From Chiloscyllium plagiosum (Eukaryota), in NCBI RefSeq assembly GCF_004010195.1, contig NC_057718.1, positions 30,572,045 to 30,623,952 on the forward strand: DNA of 51,908 nt, read 5' to 3'. The position numbers were made by a program, and so were the translations under genes. Shown piece after piece: positions 12,930-24,422 of this stretch; positions within the stretch are counted from its first letter, which is position 1; every line of letters starts with the position of its first letter. A model generated the notes under the pieces. The model did not search any database and had not been told where the DNA came from. It was given only the letters and a program-made list of their open reading frames with translations.

Positions 12930-14720
12930 CTGTTCAGCGGATAATGGATGGTGTGGGGTCAGTAATAGCCATTACAGTTCTGGTTATTATTTCCTCTTTT
13001 CATGGGTGCTCAGCAAAATGAGATTGTCACACTCTCTCTGATAGGCGTAGCAGCAGACAGCTAAAAGCCTCTTCATGTAAGGATGTTATTTCATAGCGAC
13101 ACCCGCTCCGGATTATCTCTTTACTTCAAACTTATGCCGGCTTGCACATGAGATAAAAAAACACACACATACAAAATCACTGCAATTCGGGAGTGGAGCA
13201 GTTCTTGTCAAATGCAGTCCCTGTCTGTGGCTTTCACTTTGATTAAGTCTGTGGTGACTAAAATTCACTTAGGCCAAGAGGTAAATTTAATACCAGTTAT
13301 GCACATGCTGTTCATATCACAACCATTTCACATGATGCCACTTAATTCCCTGAGAAGTGGAAAGGTAAATCAGTGGCTGGCCAGCTAAGGTGTCATAATG
13401 CATTAGGACCAGGGCTCGCTGTGGGGGATAATGGTTGTGATTGCTGTTGACTCATGTCTCTGCAAAGAGCTTCATGTAAAATAAGTGACATTTAAAAGGC
13501 ATCAAGATGTGAAAGCAGAACGCAAGAGGGGAGGGAAAATCGCAGTTCTAATCTTGCCACCTGAAAATAAAGTCTCTGTCTTGCCCTGAGTGTCCTGAAA
13601 TGATAACTCAATGTGCCACTGCTGACCCCTACTAAAGCTTTAAGATCTTAAATTTCAGAGTGAATTTATGTAAAAAAAAGCTCCTGGGATCTGCCTCCAG
13701 TGTCATGTTAACTCTTAAATCAAATTCAGAAATCTTTTTTATTTTTTTAAATCTGCTGCCCTTGGATATCAGTGCTTTCATCCTCCAAGGGCTTCAGGCC
13801 GGATCATATTAAACAGCATTGTACAAGCAATAAGGTAGTTAGTTTCCAAAGGCTGGATTTAACCTTATTTCCATAAAAGAATCCAGTTCCTCTTTACAGT
13901 GAGCATATGCTGCATACATTGTGCATCTAGTGTACTTTTGTTTGCAAAAACAAGCAGCAATGAGCAGTCTCATTCTTGGCCTGCTCACTGGGTTGTATGT
14001 GGGCTGTTTAGCTGAGGGATTGAGCTGCAGTTGATCCCCTGCCGCTTAGCTGATAGAGAGAGAGAAAAAATCTGAGGGGGCCAGCCTTGTTTGTTAATGC
14101 AGTTTTTAACCTCCTTAATGAACCACTTAGCCAAAGTTAGATGACAACCTAATCCATGTTTGCACAGGCAGGGGGTTTAGAAATGCTGAATAATGGCTTT
14201 GCGCAGAGGATTGTTAGAAAGGTCACTGCTGTGTGTTTTTTATAATATTATTATTCTCAAACCTTTGCTGATTGTTGTTACCCGGATTTCCATCTTTGCC
14301 TTGATTTTTTTTCTCTCTGCTCTATAAAAGTCTCCAGAGAACCCAGGTGACAGGGCTGTTATTTGAAAACTCACTAGGAAGAGAGTAAGCAATTTGAGCT
14401 TAGCTGAACGTAATCTTGGGTTGTCAAGAAGAAACCCATTCAGCCTATGCTAATCAATCAGTAAAATCAACCGACCAATCATCTCTTCAGCTTAGCATAT
14501 ATCCTGAGGTCTGATATATCTATTAACTGCCCATCATGCAGCTGGTCTCTGGTTGATGAGATTCTCTCAATCCGGCATTTGGAGGCAGATAACTGAGCTA
14601 TCACAATCCTGGATAAACACTGAAGTAAAAAAAAAATCTGGTAAAGCCTGGAGAGCAAGACAATACAATATTATCCAAGTGCCCTACTGCTCACAATATC
14701 AGGCACAGGCTGTTTGTAGA
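12930..14720. promoter_or_regulatory. Candidate conserved non-coding (enhancer) block
   Basis: About 1.8 kb with no recognisable repeats and clustered TF-like motifs (GGATTA 13110, CTTTGAT 13237, CATTGT 13817, TAATCC 14150). Conservation cannot be tested here. Confidence 0.45.
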
Positions 14721-15205
14721 TTAAACTTGAATTTTTAAAATAAAAATGCAAAATTCATTTTTGTAGCTGTTGTTTGTACCAAAGCCACAAATGTCAAAGT
14801 GTACATTTTGGATAAGTATTTTGTTAATGTTGGAAACTATAATTTGATATTTATTATGAGGTAGTTATGTGACTGGTATGAAGAATATGTGCAACTTTGG
14901 GAGCTGTCACAATATTACAGTACTAATTGACGACACAATTGTTGGTTTCATTGGTTTTAGATTTGAACTCCGTAATCATTATACATATCCTCAACTCTGT
15001 TTTTGTGCCATTTTTGTCGTTGAACCTACTCCTTTTCTGGAATTTTTCTGTCCTCTTCTAAGCGCTAACTCTTGTTACTGTGTTGGCAGTCCTCCAGTAT
15101 CTCAGTTAAGTCCGTATTCTTCATCTCTATTCTACACAGTGCATGTTGGCCAGCCACTCAATGGTGGTAAATGTCCTAGGCTACCCTGACTCAATTTGCC
15201 ACTTT

Positions 15206-15306
15206 CCTCATTCCTGAAGAAGGGCTCATGCCCGAAACGTCAATTCTCCTGCTCCTTGGATGGTGCCTGACCTGCTGTGCTTTTCCAGCAACACATTTTC
15301 AGCCCT
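15206..15306 (+). mobile_element. Penelope-like terminal fragment with hammerhead-like core
   Basis: cCTGAAGAagggctcatgcccGAAACGTCaattctcctgctccttggatggtgcctgacctgctgtgcttttccagcaacac. Confidence 0.75.
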
Positions 15307-15399
15307 GTCATAATGTGGACTACTTTCAGCACAGTCTACCCATCCTCTTGTATTGTTAGCCCTTATTATCATTTACTCAGCTTTTCTACTGTTCTGGCT

Positions 15400-15652
15400 T
15401 ACTATCTATAATCCCCTTGTCTGCCCACCCCTTTCATACCACTCTCTTTCTCTCTCTCCCCCTCTCTGGGCTATGTCTCTACCTATCCATTCACCACCCC
15501 CCATGCCGACTTAATCATAAATACCATTTTTTCCCAGCTGCTATCAGTTCTGAAAAAGGGTCACCAGACTCGAAACATTAACTCTGCTTTCTCTGCACAG
15601 ACACTGCCAGACCTGCTGAGTTTCTGCAGCCATTTCTGGGTTTTTTTATTCA
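15400..15652 (+). mobile_element. Second Penelope-like family, terminal fragment
   Basis: Pyrimidine-rich stretch then cagttctgaaaaagggtcaccagactcgaaacattaactctgctttctct..cagacactgccagacctgctgagtttct; related piece at about 40060-40165. Confidence 0.6.
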
Positions 15653-16502
15653 AGAGCCTTCAGATGTTTTGCTGTGTAGATTAATATTGTTTACTAATGT
15701 TAATCAATGCACAAAAATATCTGCATTGGTAATGATAATCATCAAGAAGAAATAATGATCTGTAACTCTGTATTTTTTCAATTCTTGAGGCTGGGAGTTT
15801 ATACTCCACAAAAATGTATCTAAAACATTTTGGTCCAGCTTTTTCAACTCCGCAGAGCTTAAAAGTTCTACTGCCATTTCCACAGATCCCATTTTTGCCT
15901 CTCGGATAAAGAGGGTGGGCTGTGACTTTCACAAGGGAAACCCAAACTCAGTATGGACATTAAACAGACACTTTCTCCCCCTTTGCAGCAGGGTTCTTAA
16001 CCCAGAGGTGTGGGAGTTCTTGAAGGGTACATAAGGTATATAGAATTGACATAACATGTAATTATTTAAATCCCCAGCCCTTTTAACAGAGCAGGCTGCC
16101 TATGTCAATAAAAGTAAAATAAATCTGTTCTGTCAGCTAAAATTGCAATTTGTTGAAATGAATCTGAAGAATATCAGTAGTAATAGTTTATGGAAAACAG
16201 CCAATAATTATTTATATAGGGGGCCCAAAGGGTTATTGTTTGCTTGACAGCTCCAAAGGGTACCTAAATAATTAGCTGTCTTTGATGTGGCATTATTAAT
16301 CCAAATTTGTTTTAATGTGACATAAGTACTTGAGCAGTTTTAAACATTTTGGATCAGCTTTCACGAATGGAAGTTTTTAAAAACTATTTTAGCAGTTGAA
16401 ATAAATAGATAGACCCCATGTTACCTGAGATCAGTCTCGAGCTAATGCTGACATGTTGAGCATAAAAGTAAAGGTTGGTTGATGCATTGACATCTGTTGG
16501 CA

Positions 16503-17076
16503 TTAGACAAGCAATTGTGAGCAATTGGAGTTCATGTAGCTAAGTGTGAGGTGATTCACTTTGGTAAGAGTAATAAAAAGATGGGGTACTGGGCTAACGG
16601 TCGGATACTTGGTAGTGTGGATGAGCAGAGGGATCTTGGTGTCCATGTACACAAATCTTTGAAAGTTGCCACCCAGGTAAATAGTGCGGTGAAGAAGGCA
16701 TATGGCGTACTGGCTTTTATTGGTAGAGGAATTGAGTTCCGGAGTACTGAGGTCATGTTGCAGTTGTATAAAACTCTGGTGCGGCCATAACTGCTGCAAA
16801 GTAATCATCCAACAAGGGGGCATAGCTTTAAATTAAGCGGTGGTCGGTATAGGACAGATGTTAGGGGTAGGTTCTTTACTCAGTGAGTCGTGAGTTCATG
16901 GAATGCCCTGCCAGTAGCAGTGGTGGACTCTCCCTCATTATGGGCATTTAAGCGGGCATTGGATAGGCATATGGAGGATAGTGGGCTAGTGTAGGTTAGG
17001 TGGGCTTGGATCGGCGCAACATCGAGGGCCGAAGGGCCTGTACTGCGTTGTATTCTTCTATGTTCTATGTTCTATG
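16503..17076 (+). mobile_element. CR1 LINE 3' portion with internal deletion and (TTCTATG)n tail
   Basis: HFGKSNK..EQRDLGVHVHKSLKV..LYKTLVRP; ends ttctatgttctatgttctatg. Confidence 0.92.
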
Positions 17077-17184
17077 AGCTATAAGAAGCCATTGAGTTGG
17101 GTAGGTCTTTGGCTGATAAGGATGGTGTGAGGACCTTTTTGGAGGTAGTTGTGGGGCATGAGGAGTGTGTTAGAGGATGTGAGG

Positions 17185-19420
17185 TCATACAGTCAGAGAG
17201 TCATACAGCATAGAAGCAGACTCTTCAGTCCAACTTGTCCATACCAACCAGACATCCCAGTTCGACCTAGTCCCGTTAGCAAGCATTTGGCCCATATCCC
17301 ACTAAATTCTTATTCATGTTCTCATCCAGATGCCTTTTAAATGTTGTCATTGTATCCATCCTCACCATTCCTCCTGGCAGCCCACTTACAAAGGCTCTTA
17401 GACAAAAAACAGAAATTGCTGTTCCATACACACATCATCCTCTGTGTGAAAAAGTTATCTCACAGGTCCTTTTTAAATCTTTTCCCTCTCACCTTAAACT
17501 TATGCCCTCTGGTTTTAGTCTCCCCCAATCTATGAAAAAGACCTTGGCTATTCACCATATCAATGCCCCTCATGATTTTATAAACCTCTATAAGGTCACC
17601 CCTCAGCCTCTGACACTCCAGAGAAAAAAGCCCAGCTTATTCAGCTTCTCCATATAACCCAAACTCTCCGGTCCCAGCAATATCCTTTTAAATATTTTCT
17701 GTACCTTCTCAAGTTTAACAATATCCTTCCTATAGAAGGGCAACCAGAATTGTATGCAGTATTCTAGAAGTGGCCTCACCAGTGTACTGTCCAGCTGCAT
17801 CATGACACTCCAACTCTTGTATTCAACGTTCTGGCCAATAAAGGCAAGCATGCCAAAAGCCTTCTTCACCATCCTATTTACCTGCAATTCTGCTTTCAAG
17901 GAACTGTGCACCCTCACCCTAGGTCTCTTTGTTCAGCAACACTCCCCACGGTTCTACTATTAACTGTATAAGTCATGTTCTGGTTTACCTTAACAAAAAA
18001 CAACATCTCACATTTATTTAAATTAAATTCTATCTGCTGCTCCTCCGCCTATTGCTCATCTGATCAAGGTCCTATTGTAGTCTGAGATAATCTTCTTTGT
18101 CCTACATCATCTATCGGCGTCATCTGCAAACTTACTAACCATACCTTCTACATTTGCATCAAAATCATTAATATAAATGACAAAAAACAGTGGACCCAGC
18201 ACTGATTCTTGTGGCATACCACTGGTCACAGGTCTTCAGTCCAAAAATCAGTCCTCTACAAACACATTCTGTCTCCTACCTTTGAGCCAATTTTGTATCC
18301 AATTGGATAGCTCCCCTGGATCCCATTTAATCTACCTTTACTAATAGTTTACCATTCAGAACCTTATGAAGTCCATATAGACAACATCTACTGCTTTGTC
18401 ACCTTGTCAAAAAATTCAACAAGTTAATGAGACGTGATTTCCTACACACAAAGCCATGTTGACGATCCCTAATTAGTCCTTGCCTTTTCAAATGCATGCA
18501 AATCCTGTCCCTCAGAATCCCCTCCAATAACGTACTCACCACTGACATTAGGGTCACCAGTCTATAGTTCCCTGGCTTTTCCTCACAGACTTTCTTAAAT
18601 ATGGCACCACATTAGCCAACATCCAATCTTCCAGGACCTCACCCATGGCTATTGATGATACAAATGTCTCACAAAGGGCCGAGCAATCTCTTCCCTAGCT
18701 TCTCACATTGTTCTTGGAAGCACCTGATCAGGTTCTGGGGATTTATCAACATTTATGCATTTTAAGACCTCCAGCACCATGTCTTCTGTAATATGAAGTC
18801 TTTTCAAGATGCCATTATTTATTTCCCATGTTCCCGAGCTTCCATGTCCTTCGCCACAGTAAATACGGATGCAAAATATTTGTTTAGTATTTCACCCATC
18901 TCCTATCGTCCAACACATTGATCTTTAAGGGGCCATATTCTCTGTCTAGTTAATCTGTTACCCTTAATGTACTTATAGTATCTCTTCAGATTCTCCTTAA
19001 CTCTGTTTTTCAAAGCTATCTTTTTTCCCTCCTAATTTCTCTCTTCAGTATACTTCTACTGCCCTTCTACCCTTCTAAGGATTCACTTGATCCCAGCTGT
19101 TAATACCTGATATATGCCTCCTTTTTCTTGACAAGATCCTCAATTTTTCTAATGATTCAGCATCTCTACACCTACCAGCCTTGCCCTTCACACTAACAGG
19201 GACGTTTTGTCTTCGAACTCTCATTAGTTTATTGTTAAAAGCCTTCCACTTTCCAACCATCCTTATCTGCAAATAGCATCCCCCAATCAACTTTTGAAAG
19301 TTCCTCTCTAATACCTTACTCCAAATTAGAACTTTAACTTTTAGATTAGTCTATCCTTTTCCATAACTATTCTGATCTAATAAATTATGATTATTTGCTC
19401 GAAAGTGCTCCTCCACAAAG
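17185..19420 (-). mobile_element. CR1 LINE ORF2 and 3'UTR, 5'-truncated and degraded
   Basis: Minus ORFs VHSSLKAELQVNRMVKKAFGMLAFIGQNVEYKSW... and GKWKAFNNKLMRV; continuous similarity to other CR1 copies. Confidence 0.92.
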
Positions 19421-19539
19421 TCTTTATAGCTGTGTTCCATGTCAGGATCTAGGAAATGGCCTTGTATATACTTACTGATCCTTTGCAATGCACGTCAACA
19501 AGGGGAAAAAAGGCAGCAGCAATGTGGGCAGGAGGGAGT

Positions 19540-20212
19540 GGGGAGACGCAAGTATTCGACTCAGAATGTTAACTTGTGCCGGAGGACTAGAGGGCGGCTG
19601 ATGTGCTTTTCTTTATGCAAGGCTGTAAGGCGAAGCCTGGGAACTATAGACCTGAGAGTCTGACACCAGTGGTGGTAAGTTGTTGGAGGGGATTCTGAGA
19701 GATAGGATTTACATGCATTTGGAGAGGCAAGGATGGTTAGGGATAGTCAGTTTGGCTTTGTGCGTTGACAATTATGTCTCACAAACTTGATTGAGTTTTA
19801 TTCAGTAACCAAAAAAATTGATGGGAGCAGAGCAGTATATGTTGTCTACATAGACTTTAGTGAAGCTTTGACAAGGTACAATGTGGTAGACTAATTAGTA
19901 AATTTAGATCAGGTGGGATTCAGGATGAGCTTGCCAATTGAATACAAAATTGACTTAATGGTAGGAGACAGAGGGTGGTGGTGGAGGGTTGTTTTTCTGA
20001 CTGGAGGCCTGTGACCAGTAGTTTCCCCCAGGGATCGGTGCTTGGTCCACTTTTGTTTGTAATTCATATAAACAATTTGGATGAGAATTTAGGAAGTATG
20101 ATTGGTAAGTTTTCAGATGACACCAAAATTGATGGTAGAGTTGACAGTGAAGAAGATTATCTAAAGTTACAAGGGGATCTTGGTCAATTGGACCAATGGG
20201 CTGAGCAGTGGA
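19540..20212 (+). mobile_element. CR1 RT fragment
   Basis: VVEGCFSDWRPVTSSFPQGSVLGPLLFVIHINNLDE..KFSDDTK. Confidence 0.9.
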
Positions 20213-21139
20213 ATTACTATCTTATCACACTTTGGATCCCTCAAAACAGCCCACAGACTGTTTTGACAGGGGAATGTTCATGGGGTTTCATCACAAGAGT
20301 TAAAATTAATAATTCCCAGTTTAGTTGCAGTATTGCCATAAGTAATGAAGTGGAGCTTATGTTTTGGGTGTACTTCCTGAGTTCTGAATGTTCTGAATGC
20401 CCTTTGATCAGTTTACCATATATTTCACCATTCAATTTTATTTTATATTTCCATCAATCACATTTTGTCATTGTCACAGAAAAATTAAGCTTTGTTTTAA
20501 AAATAGAAATGGATGTATTGGTTAAGACGTTTTGGTTAGGGAGAGAATGAAGATGTAATTTTCAGAATGATGTTACTTGAAAACAGTGCATTGTAAAAGC
20601 TGGTTTTGTTTTACTTTAACTCTATGCAAATCTTGTCCTTAATCCTAGAGTACCAGTATGCTTGTGTAGATTGCAAGTTGATCATGTGGAGATGCTTCTT
20701 TATCCATTATTGGATCTGAAATAGAGGAAGCTTACGAATTATCTGACTTCTTAGTGTGCAAATCATCTAAAAAGCTAAGTTTAGATGGGTCACAATGACA
20801 AGCTAGTATTAAAATGGTGACTGCATTTAACAAATAAGCTTTTTTTTCCTAAAAATTGACTTTTCAGAGAACTATTTAGTCAGACTTGTTTAACATATCC
20901 CACATGTGAACTCCGAATGTAATTTATCACCTGTCTGGGCATTGATGCCAGTTACAAATAATGTGTGTTTTATACAGAGTGGCATTTACTTGCATGAGTA
21001 TAGCAATGCAACAGACAAAACCATCTTTTGAGCTTTCTCCATAACCAAAGAAATAAAACTGAAGTTCATGGCCTCAACATAGAAAATAATAAACATTTAA
21101 AAATGCATTGTTTTAATCCAGTAGCAACAACTTTGTTAT

Positions 21140-21960
21140 AGTAACAATATTATTAAGACCATGTGTCTAACTTAGCAAAATGTCCAAAGGATCTTCACAA
21201 ATGTTTTCAAATTAAATCTGGTAGAGGTACGTAAGGTGATATTCAGATAGACAACTGAAAAATCAAAGAAATCAGAAGGCTTGTCATGCTGGCAGAGTTT
21301 ACAGAAGTAGTGATGTGAAAAATTTTGGATGTTTTAAAACAGGATGAGAATTTTTAAATCGAGACTTGCTGCAGTGGTGGAAATGAGCATGCACAGATTG
21401 TGATTGGTGAATGGGAATCTGTACAGGTTAGAATGAGCTCTCGGTATGGAGTGCATTGATGTAGTCAAGTCTGAAGGTAAGAACAGCATTGATAAAATTT
21501 CAAGTGAGCTGAGGTGGGGGTTAAGTCAGATAATGTTATGAAGGTGAAAGTGTGTAGTCTGTGTAACGGGGCACGTATGTGGCCAGAAGTTAATCTCCAA
21601 GTTAAATACCATACAATGGTTGTGAGTCCAGTTATAGGGAGGTGATTGTAGTCACTGCGAATGAATTGATTTTGCTGGAACCTGAAAACAATCACATTAG
21701 TCTATCAATATCTTGGAGGAAGGAATTTCTTCAAGTCAGATGTTGGATGCCTATCAAGCAGGTTAATGATTGTGGAAGGATTGAGCATGGTAGTGGAGCA
21801 AGCTGGAGCTGAGTATTGTCAGACCAGCAGAACCTGATATGTGTTTGGATGATGTTACTGAGGGGCAGTGTGTAAATTAGAAGTAAGAGGGAGCTGAAGA
21901 TTGTTGCTTGCAAGACACCAGAGGAAACAATGCAAGAGTGGGCAGAGAAACTATAATTAC
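21140..21960 (-). mobile_element. Highly degraded L2-like LINE fragment
   Basis: Minus ORF LLLIYTLPLSNIIQTHIRFCWSDNTQLQL resembles the L2 RT segment LF.IY.LPL..II..H..F..YADDTQLY. Confidence 0.65.
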
Positions 21961-22009
21961 ATAATAAATATCTTGTTGTTTTGGATAAAATGATAAATTA
22001 ATCATCCAT

Positions 22010-22275
22010 TTGCACGCTCGGAAAACTTTCAGATCCCATAGTGCTATTTGAAGAAGGGCACACAGCAGAACCCTCCCCAGTGTCCAAGACAACATTTACC
22101 CCTCCAACGTCATCATCAAAACATTACTGTTGCATGTGGATGTTTACTGTAATTTATTTATTCAGTGGTAATTGTGTTTCCTACCTATTGGAGTGACTAT
22201 ACTTCAGAAATATTTAATTGATTATAAAGTGCATCCTGCGGATATGTAAGATGCAGTAGGAAAGAATTCCTTACT
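22010..22275 (+). mobile_element. Degraded Deu-domain SINE
   Basis: cccatagtgctatttgaagaag...ccagtgtcc..acaacatttacccctc..gtttcctac..gtgactatacttcagaaatatttaattg. Related copies at about 22920-23200 (-) and 36240-36440 (+). Confidence 0.6.
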
Positions 22276-24361
22276 TTCTTAAAAACAATGCTTACTGTGT
22301 GCATTTTCCGCGACTTGGGTTGCACTTCCCTCGAGTGCCTTCATCTCAAATAGAGTCTCAACTAATCAATTCTTAATGCTGTCTTTGGGTACAATGTTGT
22401 TGCTTTCAAAATATTTCAATAGGAATTGATCAGTTTGTAAACTGAATATGCTGTACACCCAAGTAAGCTCAGAAGATCCCAGTTCAGTTTCTGATCTATG
22501 CCAAGATCGTAAATATCAGATGCATATTAAGTACAGCTCAGCTTTGATGTTCCCCAAGGATAACTAACCTGTTGTAGTGCCTATACACTCAAGAATGGCC
22601 CCTTGAATAAGTTGTGGAAGATCTGCCCCTTGGTCAGCATCTTGACCACTGAGGGGGAACAAACGCAAAATAAATATACTACTGTTTGGCGTATATCTTT
22701 TGTTAACTAAGACTATGGTCTGCTGCTCTCAGATTCAAATCTTAATGTGTTACTGCATAACAGATACAATCTTTGATTAAGCCAATGCACTGCTATGGAA
22801 ACTTTCAGAAACTGTGGTCAGTTTCATGGAGAAGAAAACCATCAAGATTAGATTATTTACTTGATCTGATTTGGAAAATTATGACATTCTGTTTGTTTTA
22901 AAATCCCACACTACACTGCAAATTCTACAATGAACAATATAACTATGACTAGATTATCTGTTTATTTGGTTTTGGTTGAGGGATTAGTATTGGTGAGGAA
23001 CCATGGGGTTTTACATCCATTTAACAAGACAGATGTGACATTCGTTTAAAGTTCTGTCTGACAGGCCACAACACCTGACAATGCAGCACTCTGTCAGTTA
23101 TGTTTGAGAGTGTTGTCTTCAGAATGAAGTCTTAATCCCAGATTTTTTGCTGAGATCCTTGGGTAGGACCGAAACCCCTCGTCTCCTGTCTCAAAGGTGG
23201 GAGTCTCCATGAATGATCTTATTTTATAAACTCCAAAGCCAAAATAATGGAAAACCATTTTATGTTATAGTTCAGCGTCAAATACCCGTCAAGTAAATTG
23301 AAGAAGTTGTTGATGTTGCAGTAAAATGTGCAAATCTATGTTAGTGAAGATGCTGTTGAATAACCAACTTGCAGTCTTCTGCAACTTCAGTGTGACCAAG
23401 TCCAATCTCCAAAATTGTGGAGATATTTTTAATGGTTTTTAACCTTTTGGAGCAATTGTGATCTGCACGTGATTACAATTGAGCATAGAGTTTATAACAT
23501 TGAGTGGTTAAATAATAAATATTTTTTTTTAGAAAAAGATCTTGACTTACCCTGATGGAAACCCAAGGACAAACTTGATTGTGACATTTTGTTTTGGTAG
23601 TACATTTCTATATTAGGTAAATATTTCCAAATTCTGTTGAATTGTAAAGTATGCAATTAGACTAAATCTTGGATTATTTTTGTTGATTATCAAAGTTTGT
23701 TCCACTATATTAGTGACAGACATAAAATTACATAAATTATTAAAGAAATGTTACAGTTTGTTTTGTTGTGTTTGGACTGGTTTCCATATCAAAACTTTAA
23801 AATTGTTTATTGCTTCTGAAGGGAAACACAAAGATAGCATTTTTATTAGTGTTGTATGATTCAACTGATCATAGACAATTTATGATTAGTGGATCAGGTG
23901 ATTTACTGCTGAATGTTTAATTGATTATTTATATTGTTTTGATATTATTAGTACTGTACTTTGATTTGGTAAGAAATAGTTGTGTTGGGCTTTTAGATCC
24001 TTTCATTCCACATTTTGTTAGGTGCAGGTACCACATTGAATGAGTGAATCTCTGGTAGTAGGCTGTTTTATCACACAAGTAGGGTTTTACATTAAACACC
24101 TGCCCGGATAATAATTTGTGATATTTGCAGACAAGCTTTCTCTTTGTTTCCTGTTCCTGATGCAATTTATATAATTACTATCAGAATTTTTCCTCTCATC
24201 TAAATTTAAAATTTGAATTGTTTTGCCAATTTAATTGCTGGTTGGGATTAGAAATATTCTTTGGAAACTGCTGGTATTGTGATTTTTTTTCCTTTAAACA
24301 AAGATAATTATTTCATGTTAATTTCATGTACCTAATAACATTTGCTCTTATTTTGTTCTAG

Positions 24362-24422
24362 GCATCTGGCCTTCAGAGGAGGTTTTGGCTTATTATTGTA
24401 TAAAACATAACGATATATTTAG
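24362..24422 (+). CDS. CAMKMT: CAMKMT internal coding exon, 61 bp, phase 1 to 2; probably equivalent to human exon 4
   Basis: Acceptor tttgctcttattttgttctag| and donor AG|gtatgt. Translates (C)[19 protein letters not shown](R), matching [27 protein letters not shown] as I recall it. Confidence 0.96.

Noticed and set aside
19975..20550. 191-aa ORF as a host gene
   Set aside because: The N-terminal part is CR1 RT and the rest is read-through into AT-rich intron.
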